Assembly: GCA_964188305.1 (NCBI GenBank)
Contig: OZ076889.1
Length of the DNA stretch: 64,000 nucleotides
Source of the DNA: Podarcis bocagei
Taxonomy: Eukaryota
Strand: one strand, 5' to 3'
This document shows positions 38,750-51,836 of the stretch, in pieces. Each line of letters opens with the position of its first letter. The first letter of the stretch is position 1. A program made the translations under genes and the position numbers. The notes under the pieces are model-generated. The model saw nothing but the letters and a program-made list of their open reading frames with translations. It did not search any database and was not told the DNA's origin.

Positions 38750-39573
38750 TTTTAGAAAGTTCCGGGGATACAGATTCTGGCAGCCATAATTAGTTTCAAT
38801 TGCTTTCAGATGACTTGGTTTAACTCATTTTTTTCTTCAGGTAAGACCCCCAATCTCCACACACAACCACCCAAAATTTAGGTGAATGGTTACTGAAGTG
38901 AGTGTGTCATCTTGGCGATGGCACCAAAAACGTTGCCTGGAGCAACATTTATGTATTTATGTATTTAAGCATATTTTTTATAGCTTTCCTGGGTTTTGAT
39001 GAGGTCTCAGTGATTTTTTTTTCATTGTTTAATTGCATTTGTTTTTAAATTGGACACCACCCTTTTTTAGTGAAGGGTACTAATACATAGACCGAATAAT
39101 TAAACTGCAATGTTGTGCTAGGTGTTATACAGACAAACAAAATGGGACTGCAAAGATCTTACAACCTAAGCACAATACAATATATTAAGCCAGCAGGCAA
39201 AAGAAAACGAGCTTTTCTTCAAGCCTCTCAGCAGCGTAACAAGAAAGCAGTAAGATGGCCTTGTGGCTGTGTTAGCCCTGCAAAGAACAATACTGCTGCA
39301 GAAAGAATTGAAAATGTAACAAATAAGAGGTGGGTATCCACAGGATTACCACGAACTTGTATCCTTAATTATGCTGAGAAGCAGGTAAAAAAAAAAAAAC
39401 AAATTTCCTTCATCCATTGTATAATTTATAAAAATATGAGTAGAAAGTAACTTCCAAATCTAACTATAATGTGTACCAGTCCATGAGAAAGCAGTATTTT
39501 TATACACGCTGTGAGCAGAATCAACTTAGACATTTTTTGCCTGAAGCAGTTTGGGGCCCTACATGATCATCAC

Positions 39574-39574
<1 letters not shown>

Positions 39575-39622
<48 letters not shown>
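39575..39622. repeat. (ATT)n microsatellite
   Basis: Direct observation. Confidence 0.98.
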
Positions 39623-39623
<1 letters not shown>

Positions 39624-39639
39624 CAATCTGGAATAAGAG

Positions 39640-40120
39640 GTGCCTCAAGTAACAATGTTAGATCCAGGAGTACCCCCAAGCTACATTCAGAACAGGCTGT
39701 CTTCCCACCTCCTGGACCTGAATATATAAAACGTCAGTCTTTCCAGGATTCAGTTTCAATTTGTTGGCTGACATCAAGCCTATCTCTGCCTCCAAACACC
39801 TGTCTAGCACCTCAACCACCTCTTCTGATTGAGATGGGTGTCATCCACATATTGGTGACCCTGCACTCAAAGACTCCTGATGGCAGCTCTCAACATATAG
39901 ATGTTAATAGCATGGGGTACAAGATGGAACTCTGCATGACACCATAGGAAAGCTCCCTTTGCATTGAACAGTGCCCCCTCCCATAACTACTTTCTGGAAA
40001 TTACTCTGGAGGTAGGAGCAGAGCCACTGCAATACAGTGTCCGCAACCCCCACCTCCCTGAGCCACACCAGAAGGAAACAGTGGTCAATGGTATCAAAAG
40101 CCACCAAGAGGTCAAAAAAG
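39640..40120 (-). mobile_element. L2 LINE reverse-transcriptase remnant
   Basis: ORF 39904-40194 has DLLVAFDTIDHCFLLVWLREVGVADTVLQWLCSYL..FQKV (L2 RT motif DLSAAFDTIDH..LL..L...G..GTVL.WF.SYL); downstream rc gives a ANKLKLNPGKT-like motif. Confidence 0.85.
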
Positions 40121-40769
40121 AGGTCTAATCCGATGCATAAAGCTTTAAGCCCCATCTGTGAAAATGATCGGTATTTAAATACCATCCTTTTCATATGTCA
40201 GCCCAACCATATTTTATAAGTTCTCAGGGACCAAGCAAGAATTATACAGTCATACTGTGAGAACAGACTTTTTAAAACTATAGCACGGAAGAGCTTGTGT
40301 TGGAATGCCAGTGCTTTCTTTAAGAAAATGTGCTCAGCTTACGGTTGGGGGGGGGGGGTTATCTCCTAACCACCTGCTTTGCTCAACCTGAGATCAGATC
40401 CAATTTGTGTGCCTCTTCACGTATCACCTCCAGGAAGAAAGGTTGTTCAAGCCACATTCTGCTCTTGGCTACACATGTGGAACCTCCCTGGTCCCTTCAA
40501 TAAACTTAGCCTAGGTGCAATGATTGGAGTCAGTGATACGGTGGAAAGCAGGAAGAAACCCGACAGTTATCTGAACTGTGTTTACTCTTCTGGGTTAGCT
40601 TGAGCTAAAAAATATATATATTCAGCATTTGGATTATATGACAAAGTAACAAATAGGACTAGGCAAACAGAGTTATGCACTGCAGTGACATGGTTTCTAC
40701 ACTTGCTTTTCAAAAAGGAAATGCCATGTACAGAAACATGGTCAGAGCGCTTATGGAAAGTAACAATTA

Positions 40770-41017
40770 CAGTGGTACCTCGGGTTACATACGCTTCAGG
40801 TTACATACGCTTCAGGTTACAGACTCTGCTAACCCAGAAATAGTACCTCGGGTTAAGAACTTTGCTTCAGGATGAGAACAGAAATCATGCAGTGGCGGCG
40901 CAGCAGCAGCAGCAGGAGGAGGCTGCATTAGCTAAAGTGGTGCTTCAGATTAAGAACAGTTTCAGGTTAAGAACGGACCTCCGGAACAAATTAAGTTCTT
41001 AACCCGAGGTACCACTG
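40770..41017. mobile_element. Tc1/mariner (Tigger/pogo-like) MITE, 248 bp
   Basis: TIRs CAGTGGTACCTCGGGTTA / TAACCCGAGGTACCACTG flanked by TA duplications (40768-69, 41018-19); internal ggttaagaac/ggttacatac repeats. Confidence 0.92.
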
Positions 41018-42989
41018 TACTTTAGACAGAGTAGGATGCCCACCTGACAACTAACCGCTAAAAAGTATACAGCAGGGTTAAATCCATGGCCCAATAATTT
41101 TACATCCGTGGTCCCAGGCTAAAGAGGCTAAAGACAAACATATAGTCCTTATAACAACAATATTACTGTTTGGAAAATGTGCCCCAACCTACAATATAAT
41201 GGTTAAAAGAACAAATTGGCAGTCAATAAGGAAGTTTTTTTAAAGGAAGGCTTTTCATGCCATCCAACAACAAACACAGCATCCATTAATAAAGCAGAAG
41301 AGAATACTTGTGCAATGCAAAGCCTATCACGGGTACTGGTAGAAATACAGAATATAGAAAATTTCATTTCTGGTTCTGCAGCATGTGACAAAACCTTTGT
41401 CATATCACTTCACCTCTATCCACCTGTAAAGTGGAGTTCATTTTTGTGCTACTTTCCCAAAAGATACAAGGATTGATTCAATTTACTGAAGCACTGTAAT
41501 TAAACTTTCACATGCTCAGGGTTAATCTGTGCAGTTTAAATTTCATGCCATCTTTGTTACTATGAAATGTAAAAGGCAGAAAATCCAGTCAAGGTTTGGG
41601 TCTACAGTACCTGGCAACGCTAGTTGTAATCCTATGGTACCAAGTCACATTTAATCAACCCACAAATAATGGCTTGAGCTGTCTTACAGTTCTGAGCAGC
41701 ATTAATAAGTAAATAATTGGTCTGTTTGGCAAAAACTATCCCAGATATATTTACAGGATTAAAGGCTTCTAGTAGCAGATTGATTAACTGTCCCTCTATT
41801 TAAAAAAGAGTCACTGAAAGATGCCTGCTTGTTATTTTGATAATTTACTGGAGTCTTCAGTTTCATTACCTCTTGTCCTGTCTGAAACAAGCAACAGCAG
41901 TATTTTGCCAGGCAATAAGCCACTTAATGAAACAAGTTGTTTAGTAAATTCACTACATGCATCTTTTTATTGAGCTACATAATACTTCTAGGTAATAGTG
42001 GTAACTCTAAGCCATCAGTAAAGCAGTCTGAGAAGACTAAACAGAGGCTACCTAGGCCTAACAGTTTTAAGATACCTGAAACTGCTTGATATATTTTTTT
42101 TTAAGGTACCAGACATGTAACTCTACATTTGCCAATTGTGACCTTTTAGGCCAGCTCCCCAGGTCAGTGACCTGTTTATTGAAAGGTAAGAATTTACAGA
42201 CCTGTACCTAGCACAACCTGAACGGTTTCTGCTATGTCTTAAAAGCAACCTTAACCACATTAACTGAATCAGGTATTAACAGAGGGCTGACAAGGTTCTC
42301 CTTACCTATGAAGCCTCTTATTACCAACAGGTCTGAATTCAAGTCTAGAACCACACATGTGTTATTAAGAACTTGTTTTACTCATGCAAACACCCCCCTC
42401 CCCAAACATGCTTCCAAGAGAATGTGACTAAAGACAAAAGCTGTGGATTAGTCAATGTATTCCAAGCAGCTATGTGAGAGCTTTCTTCAGCTTCGGTTCT
42501 GTTCTGGAATAACTTCTTGCTTGGGGCAGGGGAGAGCAGCTCAGTCTCTACACTCATTTAACCCTTGACCTCCGCCCTGCAGCTGGGGTGGTTTGCTGTC
42601 AGTCACAATATTTGTGAGTGAAGAAATGCAGACAGCTACATTAGGTATCAACCCATAAGGCAGCCCATTTAAATCGGTTTGAGGGGAAAGCACACACTTG
42701 ATAATGGATACCCTATAGTTTAAATCCTTAACCTGGCCAAAGGAAATTTTCCTGTACCTCCTCTCTTCGCCCTCAACATCGACTGGCATTTCTTCTCATC
42801 TTACAGTGTGAAAAACAATTCTGCATCTCTTTCAAGCATCAGATGCAAGTCTTTTTGCAAAACAGGCTGCAATGGAAATGAGGAGGCATCTGGGCTCGGT
42901 CCACCCATTTAAGGCAAACCCGGTCATGCAATAAATCTGTGCGCATTTGGCAGGACCTGCTAAGCAGCTCTTAAATAGTACTTTCTCTC

Positions 42990-43297
42990 TTTTTTAAAAA
43001 TGAATTTTTAAATTAAAGTTTCCATTTTCGATTTCCAAATAAACAATTTACAAACTTTAAAATATCCAATGACTTCCCTTCTTCTCCTTCCATGGTTCAT
43101 TTTACATATCATACATCCCTGCATATTTTACTATAAACATTCAAATCAGTTTTCCACTTTTACATCCATCAAAAAAAGTTTACTCTGTTGAATTTATCTT
43201 AGTGCTGCCAGCATTTTCAGCTGTATACAATTATTTTCCATATATTCAATAAATGTTTTCCACTCTTCTTTAAAGGTATGTTCTTCTTGCTCTCTTA
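42990..43297 (-). mobile_element. 5'-truncated L1-clade LINE 3' end
   Basis: rc encodes REQEEHTFKEEWKTFIEYMENNCIQLKMLAALR* then 3' UTR and A-rich tail; degenerate TSD-like aatagtacttt / aatagcgcttt. Confidence 0.75.
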
Positions 43298-45084
43298 AAA
43301 ACAATAGCGCTTTGTAGTCTCTCTTTTAGTACCCACAGGTACAGAAAGAGGCAAGACCAGGAGAAAAACAAGCAACACTCCTGATGAAAGCTGTAGCAAG
43401 TGCACCTTTATTGTACACCATTTCAGTAGCTGTTGGTTGTGAAGTGGCTTATACATCTGCAAACATACGCCAGTTCTGCCATCTCTCTGTGGTACACAGC
43501 AGTCTGGATATCAGAATTTTTATCTGCAGGAGATTGCTGCATGGGTTGGATGTGGGGGCCTGGGACTCGGTTACCTTGAGGTCATTTTTGGAAGTATGTT
43601 TTATTGGGGGAACTAGCTTGGCCTGCAGTATTATGGGCACTTTTGTCCCAAACTAAGAGACAAATAGCAATGACAACAGAAATTCATTTTATGAAAGAAA
43701 TGTTGGCCAAAAGGGAACGCAAGTCGCTGATGCGCACCAGAGAAGACTTGACACAACAAGGAAGGTGTAAGCGGTAGCATGCCTCTTGACTGTTTAACCT
43801 CCTACTATTTTGTACACGCTGACAAGCTTACAGAGTAAGTACTTTAGCAGTTTAGATAAGACAGTCTGTGAATTTGCACCTTTAGCTCAAAATGCTCTGC
43901 TCAAGGGTCTTTCGTTCAATCTCCTATTTGAACAGTAAGGGGCAAATAGTGCTTATTTCAGCACTCACGTCCCTTTCATTCAATCCCCCTGTCAGGATAA
44001 TCACAAACTGCCATCCCCACTGCTTCTTTCCCCCGTTACAAGTGGCACAAAGCAAAGCAGCTTAATGGGTCACTGTGCTGAAAATTGAAGTTAACCTCAT
44101 AAAGTATGGGTATATATTCCCACTTGAATCACAAGCATAATTCTTGGCCCTTGGGGTCTCTCTGCTCAACCTCACAGACCGGTTGGACAAGCAAAGTTTG
44201 GTAGGCTTTTGTCTCACCCCACCCCACCGCCATGTGCTTCATGTCTGGGACAGATTTTAATGTTCCAAAGGAAGCTCAGCACTGACCTTATTGTCAAATA
44301 ATACGGAAGAAGAGCAGTCTATTAAATAACATGCCAGGCAAAAACTAGGTGCTACTGCAAAGAGCCAGTGTGGTATAATAGTTAAAAGAGTCAACATAAG
44401 GCAAATGGAACATTTAAAAGTAACCTACAATAGTACAGCAGAGGTAAGCAGGGAGAAGGACAACAGTGTCCAAAATATCTGATAAGGGTGTTTGTATTCA
44501 TCAGCATAAATTTGTCTCAGCAATGACTAATATCCAACTGGCTCTTCAAAAATACCAGAGGGTGCTTTTGTCCAAGAAACATATCCTGAGGGTACACACT
44601 ACTACAGACCATCCCCAGCAGAGATGGCTGGGTCAGATTGATAATATCTCTGCCCAGTTTTCTTCCCAGAGTCTAGACTACAAAAGCGTAAAACAAACGA
44701 CAACACTACGGGTCAGGGTTTAAACAGACTGCACAAACAGGTAAGACTGAATTTAAGTGGACTCCTGTTAAGCCTTTTCATCTCATTAAAGCTGCCTTCA
44801 TCTTATATAGTGAGGTTTTAAATTTAATAATAGAACACTACCACACCTCATGCTAACCCGATTAACTTTAGAGTAAAGCACTATCTTGGCCATTTCATAC
44901 AGATCTAAGCAGGAGATGGGTTTGTTTGTTTTTATTTCAAAATTCATCTCACTGCCCTGTTGGGTTAATAGTTCCAGCGTACTTCTGCCTGGGCTGCGCT
45001 TGTGAAATTACCAACACTTTTTTTTTTGCAACATTCACTCCTTGAAAAGCCTAATGAGTACTTATGCTGCTGCATATAAACAAT

Positions 45085-45088
<4 letters not shown>

Positions 45089-45134
<46 letters not shown>
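45089..45134. repeat. (AT)23 microsatellite, left flank of PLE
   Basis: Direct observation. Confidence 0.97.
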
Positions 45135-45137
<3 letters not shown>

Positions 45138-45217
45138 CTTTCGTAGATTTTCACGGGTACAGGAATGCAGGTTTTGGTGTCTTCGGGTGTCTTCCCGTGT
45201 AAGAGTTGGGGTGTCTA

Positions 45218-45257
45218 GGCGACGTTTCGACGAGGTCTCACTCGTCATCTTCAGGCT
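45218..45257 (-). ncRNA. Mirror copy of the minimal hammerhead motif (sense to SSBP3 pre-mRNA)
   Basis: Exact reverse complement of 45301-45340. Confidence 0.65.
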
Positions 45258-45300
45258 GGTGCTTTCGGCTTCTTGTTACTGGAACAGAGCCGAAAGCACC

Positions 45301-45340
45301 AGCCTGAAGATGACGAGTGAGACCTCGTCGAAACGTCGCC
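45301..45340 (+). ncRNA. Minimal type-I hammerhead ribozyme motif (PLE-type)
   Basis: CTGAAGA (45304-10), T, stem II GACGAG/CTCGTC with TGAGAC loop, GAAA (45330-33), C-GTC with predicted cleavage after 45337; stem I only about 2 bp. Confidence 0.65.
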
Positions 45341-45388
45341 TAGACACCCCAACTCTTACACGGGAAGACACCCGAAGACACCAAAACC

Positions 45389-45391
<3 letters not shown>

Positions 45392-45425
<34 letters not shown>
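45392..45425. repeat. (AT)17 microsatellite, right flank of PLE
   Basis: Direct observation. Confidence 0.97.
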
Positions 45426-45428
<3 letters not shown>

Positions 45429-48082
45429 ATATAGCAGCAGTTACGCATAACCATCGTTTAAACAGTCAAAAGCAAGAGTAAAAGCCTACATCCCTGCTAC
45501 TTTTCAATTTCTAGGTCTTTTGTGGCTCCCAGCAAGGACAGCGATTGAGTAAAAACTGTTGCCAACTGCTTGCTGTACCCACAAATGGAGGTTTTAATCT
45601 AATTTTTTAAATATAATTTTATTTCTAAGGGTCAAACACGAAGGTTAGTTGTAGAAGTCATAGACCTGTTGATAGACCAGGCCCCAGGCCCAAAGATGAT
45701 CTGAATAGTTGCCCTATCACTACATTCTTAATTCATGGTAAACTTTTATATCTCCTGATCTTCTAACCATGGTTAAAGTTAGGGATGTTCCACTCTCCCA
45801 TTTTCAGCATTAATCAGAGCATTGCATTATATCTGCACAAACATTAATGTTAACCATGGTTAGCTTTAACTAGAATTTAGAAGTTCAGTTTGAAGCTGGT
45901 TTGTAAATTCTGGGATAAAAAGGCAATGCTTGTTAATGATCACCTTATTACAGATGTCACGCTTCACCATGGCTAATTCTGAAAATATGGGTGTTATGAA
46001 AGAGTTGAGAGAAGATGAAGAGAGTTCAGGAGAGCCTCACAACAAGTTCCCAATTGCTTAAACCGTGGTTAGAAGTCCAGAAACATTGGTCCAGTTTTGC
46101 TGTCAGTAATGTGCTCTGTTCCCACTCCCTCCTCCTCTTTTTCTGCTCTTCCTGCTTTGCTATAACCATAGTTTGCATGTGAAATAAAGCAAACTCTAGT
46201 TACCCACAAACCATGATTGGCCTCCCAACCAGAAATGAAAACCATGGAATCATATTGTATGGATTCAGAAGTGAAAAAAGACAGGAAGGAAGAAATGTGC
46301 AAACACAAAGCAAGTTCCCAACCACGGGCCACAATGTCTAAACCCGAGCCATTATGTCTCCGACAGGCCTTTATGGCCAAACTTCAAAGGCATTCATCAG
46401 CACGCAGTTGAAGGATCTTGTATATAAATAAAGGGTTGGGGTTTCCCTCCCCCCAGACAAAATTTTGCACAGAGTTTTCAGAACTCCTTTAAGACAGGCT
46501 GGGATACACTGTGAATGAAATATCAGGTACTTTGGAATAATTTCCACATTAGCGGCAATACTGCTTTACTCTTAGATGTGGTGCTAATAGCCTGTAACTA
46601 TAATAATTAAAATAGACTGCTACACTCTTTCCAACTAACATCTAAAAGCATGTGTTACAATAAATTATGAATAGTGCGCACATAAGTTACACATAAGTCT
46701 CCCTTTCCCTGCCAACTGTTGACACACACAGCTTAATCCTCTCTTTCTGAAACACACTGGAAACATGAAGAACAGCTATTTGAAATGCAAGTCCTAAATG
46801 TTCTAGCAGTCTAATTAATCATACTGCTCTATCTACCTCTTGCTGAAATTTACTCTTGTAGGAGGAACTAGATGACCAAAATTGGTTTTGCCAAAGTCTT
46901 TAAGAAGCCAAGCGCATGAAGGGTATTTTCATTCAAAACTGCATCTAAATTTACAAATACGTATGACGCACTTGTATAAGAAGCCATAATTCAGGGGTAG
47001 CATACGTGCGTAGCATTCAGAGTGGTTCCAGGTTAGATTCCTGTTGTCCCTATTTAAATGAATCTCAGGTAGCAGGGCTTGGAAAGCCATTTGCTACTCG
47101 CAATAGATATTGCTGCTTAGAGCTGACATTATTGGGCTAAATGAGCTGGATATCTGACTCAGTATAAGGCTAATTTGTTCAAAATTATACCTTTGGAAAG
47201 ACTATTCCAGGTTAGAAGAATTGTTCCCAAATTAAGGCATCAGATATGAACAGCACTTGAAAGGACAGGGGTTTGGACCAAATTTCAGCAGTGAGAATCA
47301 TCTGTTCAGCCACCACTACAGGCCTGTCCAGACATAAAACTCCAAGAAAAAATACAACTTTTTGCCACAAAAGCTCCACCCACAGCACCAGTATATTGAT
47401 ATGTATAGAAGTGTATAGAATTATACATTGGGAAGTTTATAGAATTATGGCAAAGTCTCTCTATGATGAGCTATAAGGTCCAGCATTACATGCATGGGAC
47501 AGATTTGGTACCCAAAACAAGCATCAAATGTTAGCAGTCAAGGTAACACAAGGCGCAAGTGATCAATTTTGCATCTTGGTTGATGGTAGGTCTCCTGGTG
47601 CCGCCACCACATCATACAACAAAACCAGTGCTCTGATAAAAGTTTAAAGTTTCATAGTTACAGTTGGAACAGTTTCTTTCGTGTTATGCCTTCTGTACAA
47701 TTCAAGTATGGGTGGGCAGGGGTACCTGAACCATCTACATAGATAAATTTTATATATAACATTCATTCATTTACTCACTCACTCACCCACCCACCCTTAT
47801 GTTCCAGGTCAAAACACTGTTAAATATTGAACATGATTATAAACAACGGTGCCTTTGTTACCAGCAAAATATTTATCTTAGTGGTTCTTTTGAGCACACA
47901 GTAACTTTTAGAAACATTGATCTAATGCTTAGAAAAAAGAGATGTGTGATTATTTTCTAGTACCTCTGATGTATGTGTGTGTGTCCATTATTGCGGGTGG
48001 GAGACTGTTGCTACAGCCCCACCCCTTTTTGATTAAAGATACTGTAATATGCCTGTAGTTGATGTGGTTTACCGATATGAAA

Positions 48083-48190
48083 TAGCTCAGTTGGTAGAGC
48101 ATGAGACTCTGAATCTCATGGTCCTAAATTTGAGCCCCATGTTAGGAAAAAAATTCCTGAACTGCAGGGCATTGGAGTAGATGACTCTAT
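48083..48190 (+). mobile_element. tRNA(Lys)-like-headed SINE with CR1-derived tail (not a functional tRNA)
   Basis: tagctcagttggtagagcatgagactctgaatctcatggtc..aaatttgagccccatgttagg resembles tRNA-Lys(CTT) with a decayed B box, followed by attcctgaactgcagggcattggagtagatgac. Confidence 0.75.
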
Positions 48191-48678
48191 GAGCCTATGA
48201 GGGGCTTTGAGTTGCCGTGGCAGAAAAGTGACCGATAAATTTAATAAATGAATAAATAATAAAAGCAGTGTGGATTTTTCAGTACCAACACTGTAAATTT
48301 GTGTGTGTGTCTGTCTTCCTGATCTGGAACTTTCCTGCAGGGGCTTATGAGGGAAGGGTTAAGAAGGTTTTACTGAGGGGGAAGATTACTGACGAATATA
48401 AATTCCATCTTGAATTTTCTAATGATTTACAATTTTATCAGATTTACAATTTTCCTTCCCTGACAGTCACAGACCTAAGCAGCCATTCCAGAGACAAGTC
48501 AAAGGCTTGTCCCTCAAGTCAGTTAGAGCTCTGATTTTATTCTGTTACAAATAAACTAACCAATACATTTTTAAAAAGCTAACAATTTCATAGTACCTCA
48601 TGCTAATACAAGGCCTATTTTCCTGTTTCTCTTGTAAAAAGTAATCTGACAAGGCAGCTACACCAGGACAGCTTCAGT

Positions 48679-48681
<3 letters not shown>

Positions 48682-48719
<38 letters not shown>
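48682..48719. repeat. (CA)n microsatellite
   Basis: Direct observation. Confidence 0.98.
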
Positions 48720-48721
<2 letters not shown>

Positions 48722-49015
48722 CTTCCCTCTTCACCATTAGGAAACCTCTCCAGTCATTCACAGTTTTGTCAATGGCTCTTGGTGGTATCTCATGGACATA
48801 CACGTTCAAAAGCCTGGCAGTGGTTACTTGCTAACATTTACAAACATCCTTGTACAAACATACTGAGACTCTCTGCTGATCTTGCTTTGTCTAAATATAT
48901 CCCAAGGAAATAGCTTGGCAGGGTTGTAAAACTTCACAGCAACCAAATTAAAAGGGGGAATGAACATGAACAAGTGTAAAACAACAGGAAAAGAAAAAAG
49001 GAAGCCTGCACACAT

Positions 49016-49017
<2 letters not shown>

Positions 49018-49053
<36 letters not shown>
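49018..49053. repeat. (CA)n microsatellite
   Basis: Direct observation. Confidence 0.98.
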
Positions 49054-49055
<2 letters not shown>

Positions 49056-50358
49056 GGAGAGAAATTTAAGGCACTGTAGCCCTGCAGTGTTTGAAAGCTT
49101 TGAGGAAACCACTTGCTTGTTAAGTCATGTTAGCACATCAAAATCGAAAACATTACAAAGAAATTTGCTGCAACTTGCATTCTATGGAATTTAAGTTTTG
49201 ATGTGCTCTATTCAACAGAGCTGTCGTGTTCTGGAATAAGAAACATAACAGGTTAGGTCTTTAGCAGCATCCCCTGTAGCGTTTCTCTTCAGCTGTCCTC
49301 TCCCCCACCCACATGAAAGCTGAAAGTGGAATATTATTCAGGATCATGACAAAGAATTAAATGCTGACTGTACTGCCTGTACGTTCACGACGTATCATAC
49401 CAAAAACCAGGTCATGCAGACATACACCCTAAAAACATGGCAAGACAGAATACTCTTGCCAAAGATAGTTTTTCTAACTTTTTAAAGTTTGCTTTCATAC
49501 TGACCAGGGTGTTCTTTCAAACTAGTAGTATGCTAAAAAGGGAGTATGAGCAACAGCTTCATATTGCCATCTTCAGTCATTCATAATGCTAGCCAGCTGA
49601 CTAGAAAATTCAACTCAGTTAAGCTGCTTAGCTCCCCTTACAACTTTTAGCATCTTTATCTATTTGTCATAAAAGCTGGTGGTAGAGAAGTGTTTTTAGA
49701 GATCATTCAAGCTATTCAGCAGCTGATTGTTTCCTTCCCCCTCCACCCCCACCCTCCATGGATGGATAATGCTCCCAAGCGTAAGAACGCAAGATGTATA
49801 CATTTGGCAGAGGAAAACAAGTGCGCTCATTTTGTGTTATGTCAACAAAGGGATTTAATAGTATGTCAGTAATCAAGCCACATAAAATACTTGGGAGATG
49901 GGTGGCATGACATACGACAGCATGTCAGCTTCAAAGCATCTTTTCCCTAAAGCACAGAAAAAGTATACTCAGCGTTTAGTGCCTTGTATTTAAGCATTTC
50001 TGCCATGTCACGATGCCTCTAAGGCCAAACACTGCAGTTTTAAAGACTTCAAATTTCAGTACAGTATATGCCAGCAACCATCCGCTTTCCAGGGCCATCA
50101 GTACTACGCAAGCCAAACAGGTATACGTTCAAATTCTCCAGCAGTGTTGGTGGAATAATAACTATTAAAGAACTATACTTGGAGATGATGAAGTTATCCA
50201 GAAGCAGAGACAACAGAATCTCTGTAGAAAGGAAGCACAAGGCAGTGCAATAGGGCAAGAGCGGCAAGTACAAATTTATTTTTTCACAAAGCCATCCTAC
50301 TTGGGCTTCCAGGAGCACATACTCCTTGCTCAATTACCCGAGATATAGAGGTGGAATC

Positions 50359-50512
50359 CAGTGGCGTAGCGTGGGGGTGCAGGGGGGCTGGCCGCACCGG
50401 GCACAACATCTGGGGGGAGGGCCGTTCGCACTCGCAGCTCTAAAATCCATGGGTTAGGGGGCGCAAATTACTTGCCTTGCCCCGGGTGCTGACAACCCAT
50501 GCTACGCCACTG
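50359..50512. mobile_element. hAT MITE, 154 bp
   Basis: Perfect 12-bp TIRs CAGTGGCGTAGC / GCTACGCCACTG; 8-bp TSD gtggaatc (50351-58) / gtggaatg (50513-20). Confidence 0.9.
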
Positions 50513-51834
50513 GTGGAATGGGAAGGTACAAGGCTGAGTGGCGGAAGACAGCCCTTTGGGAAGTCTGCTATTCCACAGGGCCAATCCCATTCAACAAGAG
50601 AGAGGCCTCCTCATAAATTATTGCCTGCTTGGGAGTAAGGGTCTACTCACAAGCAAAGCAACAGCGGCAGGAAGTTGGTGTGGCTTGAAAGGTAAAAAGA
50701 CAAAAGAACAGGGAGATAGGGGGAAGGGAACTCTTCGTAGGCACAGGTGAAGGAGTGGGATGCACTTTGCCCTCTTTCTCTGGCTGAGGCAAAAAGGGCC
50801 CAAGGCCTGCCCCACCCATCTAGAAGCACCCAAAGACTACATTCCCAAAGAAACCGCAACCACCCGGTACCAGAACCATCTAGGATGATTACTTTTGCTC
50901 CCAAACCTTGGACAATTGCAAACGAGCAGAAACATCACTCTGCCGATCTAGCTTGCTAGGCGTGGGTTATGGTTTTCAGCCACGCCAACCCACCAGTACA
51001 ACATCCATCTCCAATCTAAACAATTTTAAAAAGTTTATGAGCTCCCAACACTGCCAGAAGGACTCAAAAAAGGTTTTTACCAAAGGCACATGCAATTAGC
51101 AGGCTTAAAAATGATGTACATACACAGGTATTAATTAACTATAAATTTTCGTCTAGTAATTCCACCAGCAGCAAACACTAGGCTCTGATCCAACAATCAA
51201 TACTAGCCATTTAAAGGCTCCACCTGCCAAAAAAGTTATATAAAATAAATATATAAAACTTTCATTAGATTCTGCAATGGCTTTAGAACAATTAATCTAC
51301 CATTAATGTATCAGGCGATATTGTTTGGTTTTATTGGCATGACAATTGACACCATCAATATTTCTTCACACCCTACACTATAGCTTCACTCCCATGCTAC
51401 TCCAAGAGAGAAATTATGCCTCATTTTACTGCTGTACTGGCTCCCTCTGGGCCTGTATCTTCTGTTACTTACACACGCTTTAAAGAAAAAGCTTACAGCT
51501 CAATCTTCAGAGTTTTTAAAACAAAAGAAAAAAGCGAGGCAATAAAGCTGTTGGGAGAGGTAAATTGCCAGAGTTTCTGCAAAGTTGTGAGCATTAAAGC
51601 AGATGGGTGTTTACTCGCTGCAACACTTCTCACTTCATGTGCTATAACCACCATGTTGCAATTACCAAGGGTCACTCTGCCACATGGCTGATCAGTATAC
51701 CTCCCGTCTGGACACACACATGTACTTGCATTTCATCTCTCTTTATGTTTAAAGATAAAAGGCATCATAAGAGGAAACTAGATGATGAAGCTCTTCAAAA
51801 TCCACCCCCACCCCCGAGATTCGAAACAATATAA

Positions 51835-51836
<2 letters not shown>

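Larger units (their letters stand above)
45135..45393. mobile_element. Penelope-like element (pLTR) ends in inverted orientation
   Basis: Perfect 106-bp inverted repeat 45165-45270 / 45288-45393 containing ctgaagatg...gaaacgtc. The minus copy continues to ...cccgtgaaaatctacgaaagcaa, resembling reptile Penelope termini. Embedded in (AT)n. Confidence 0.75.

Noticed and set aside
45064-45450. 128-aa ORF with YIYIYI runs
   Set aside because: Artefact of (AT)n and the inverted repeat.
48083-48150. Possible tRNA-Lys gene
   Set aside because: Acceptor stem and T-loop (GTTCGA) are decayed and it continues into a CR1 tail, so it is a SINE.
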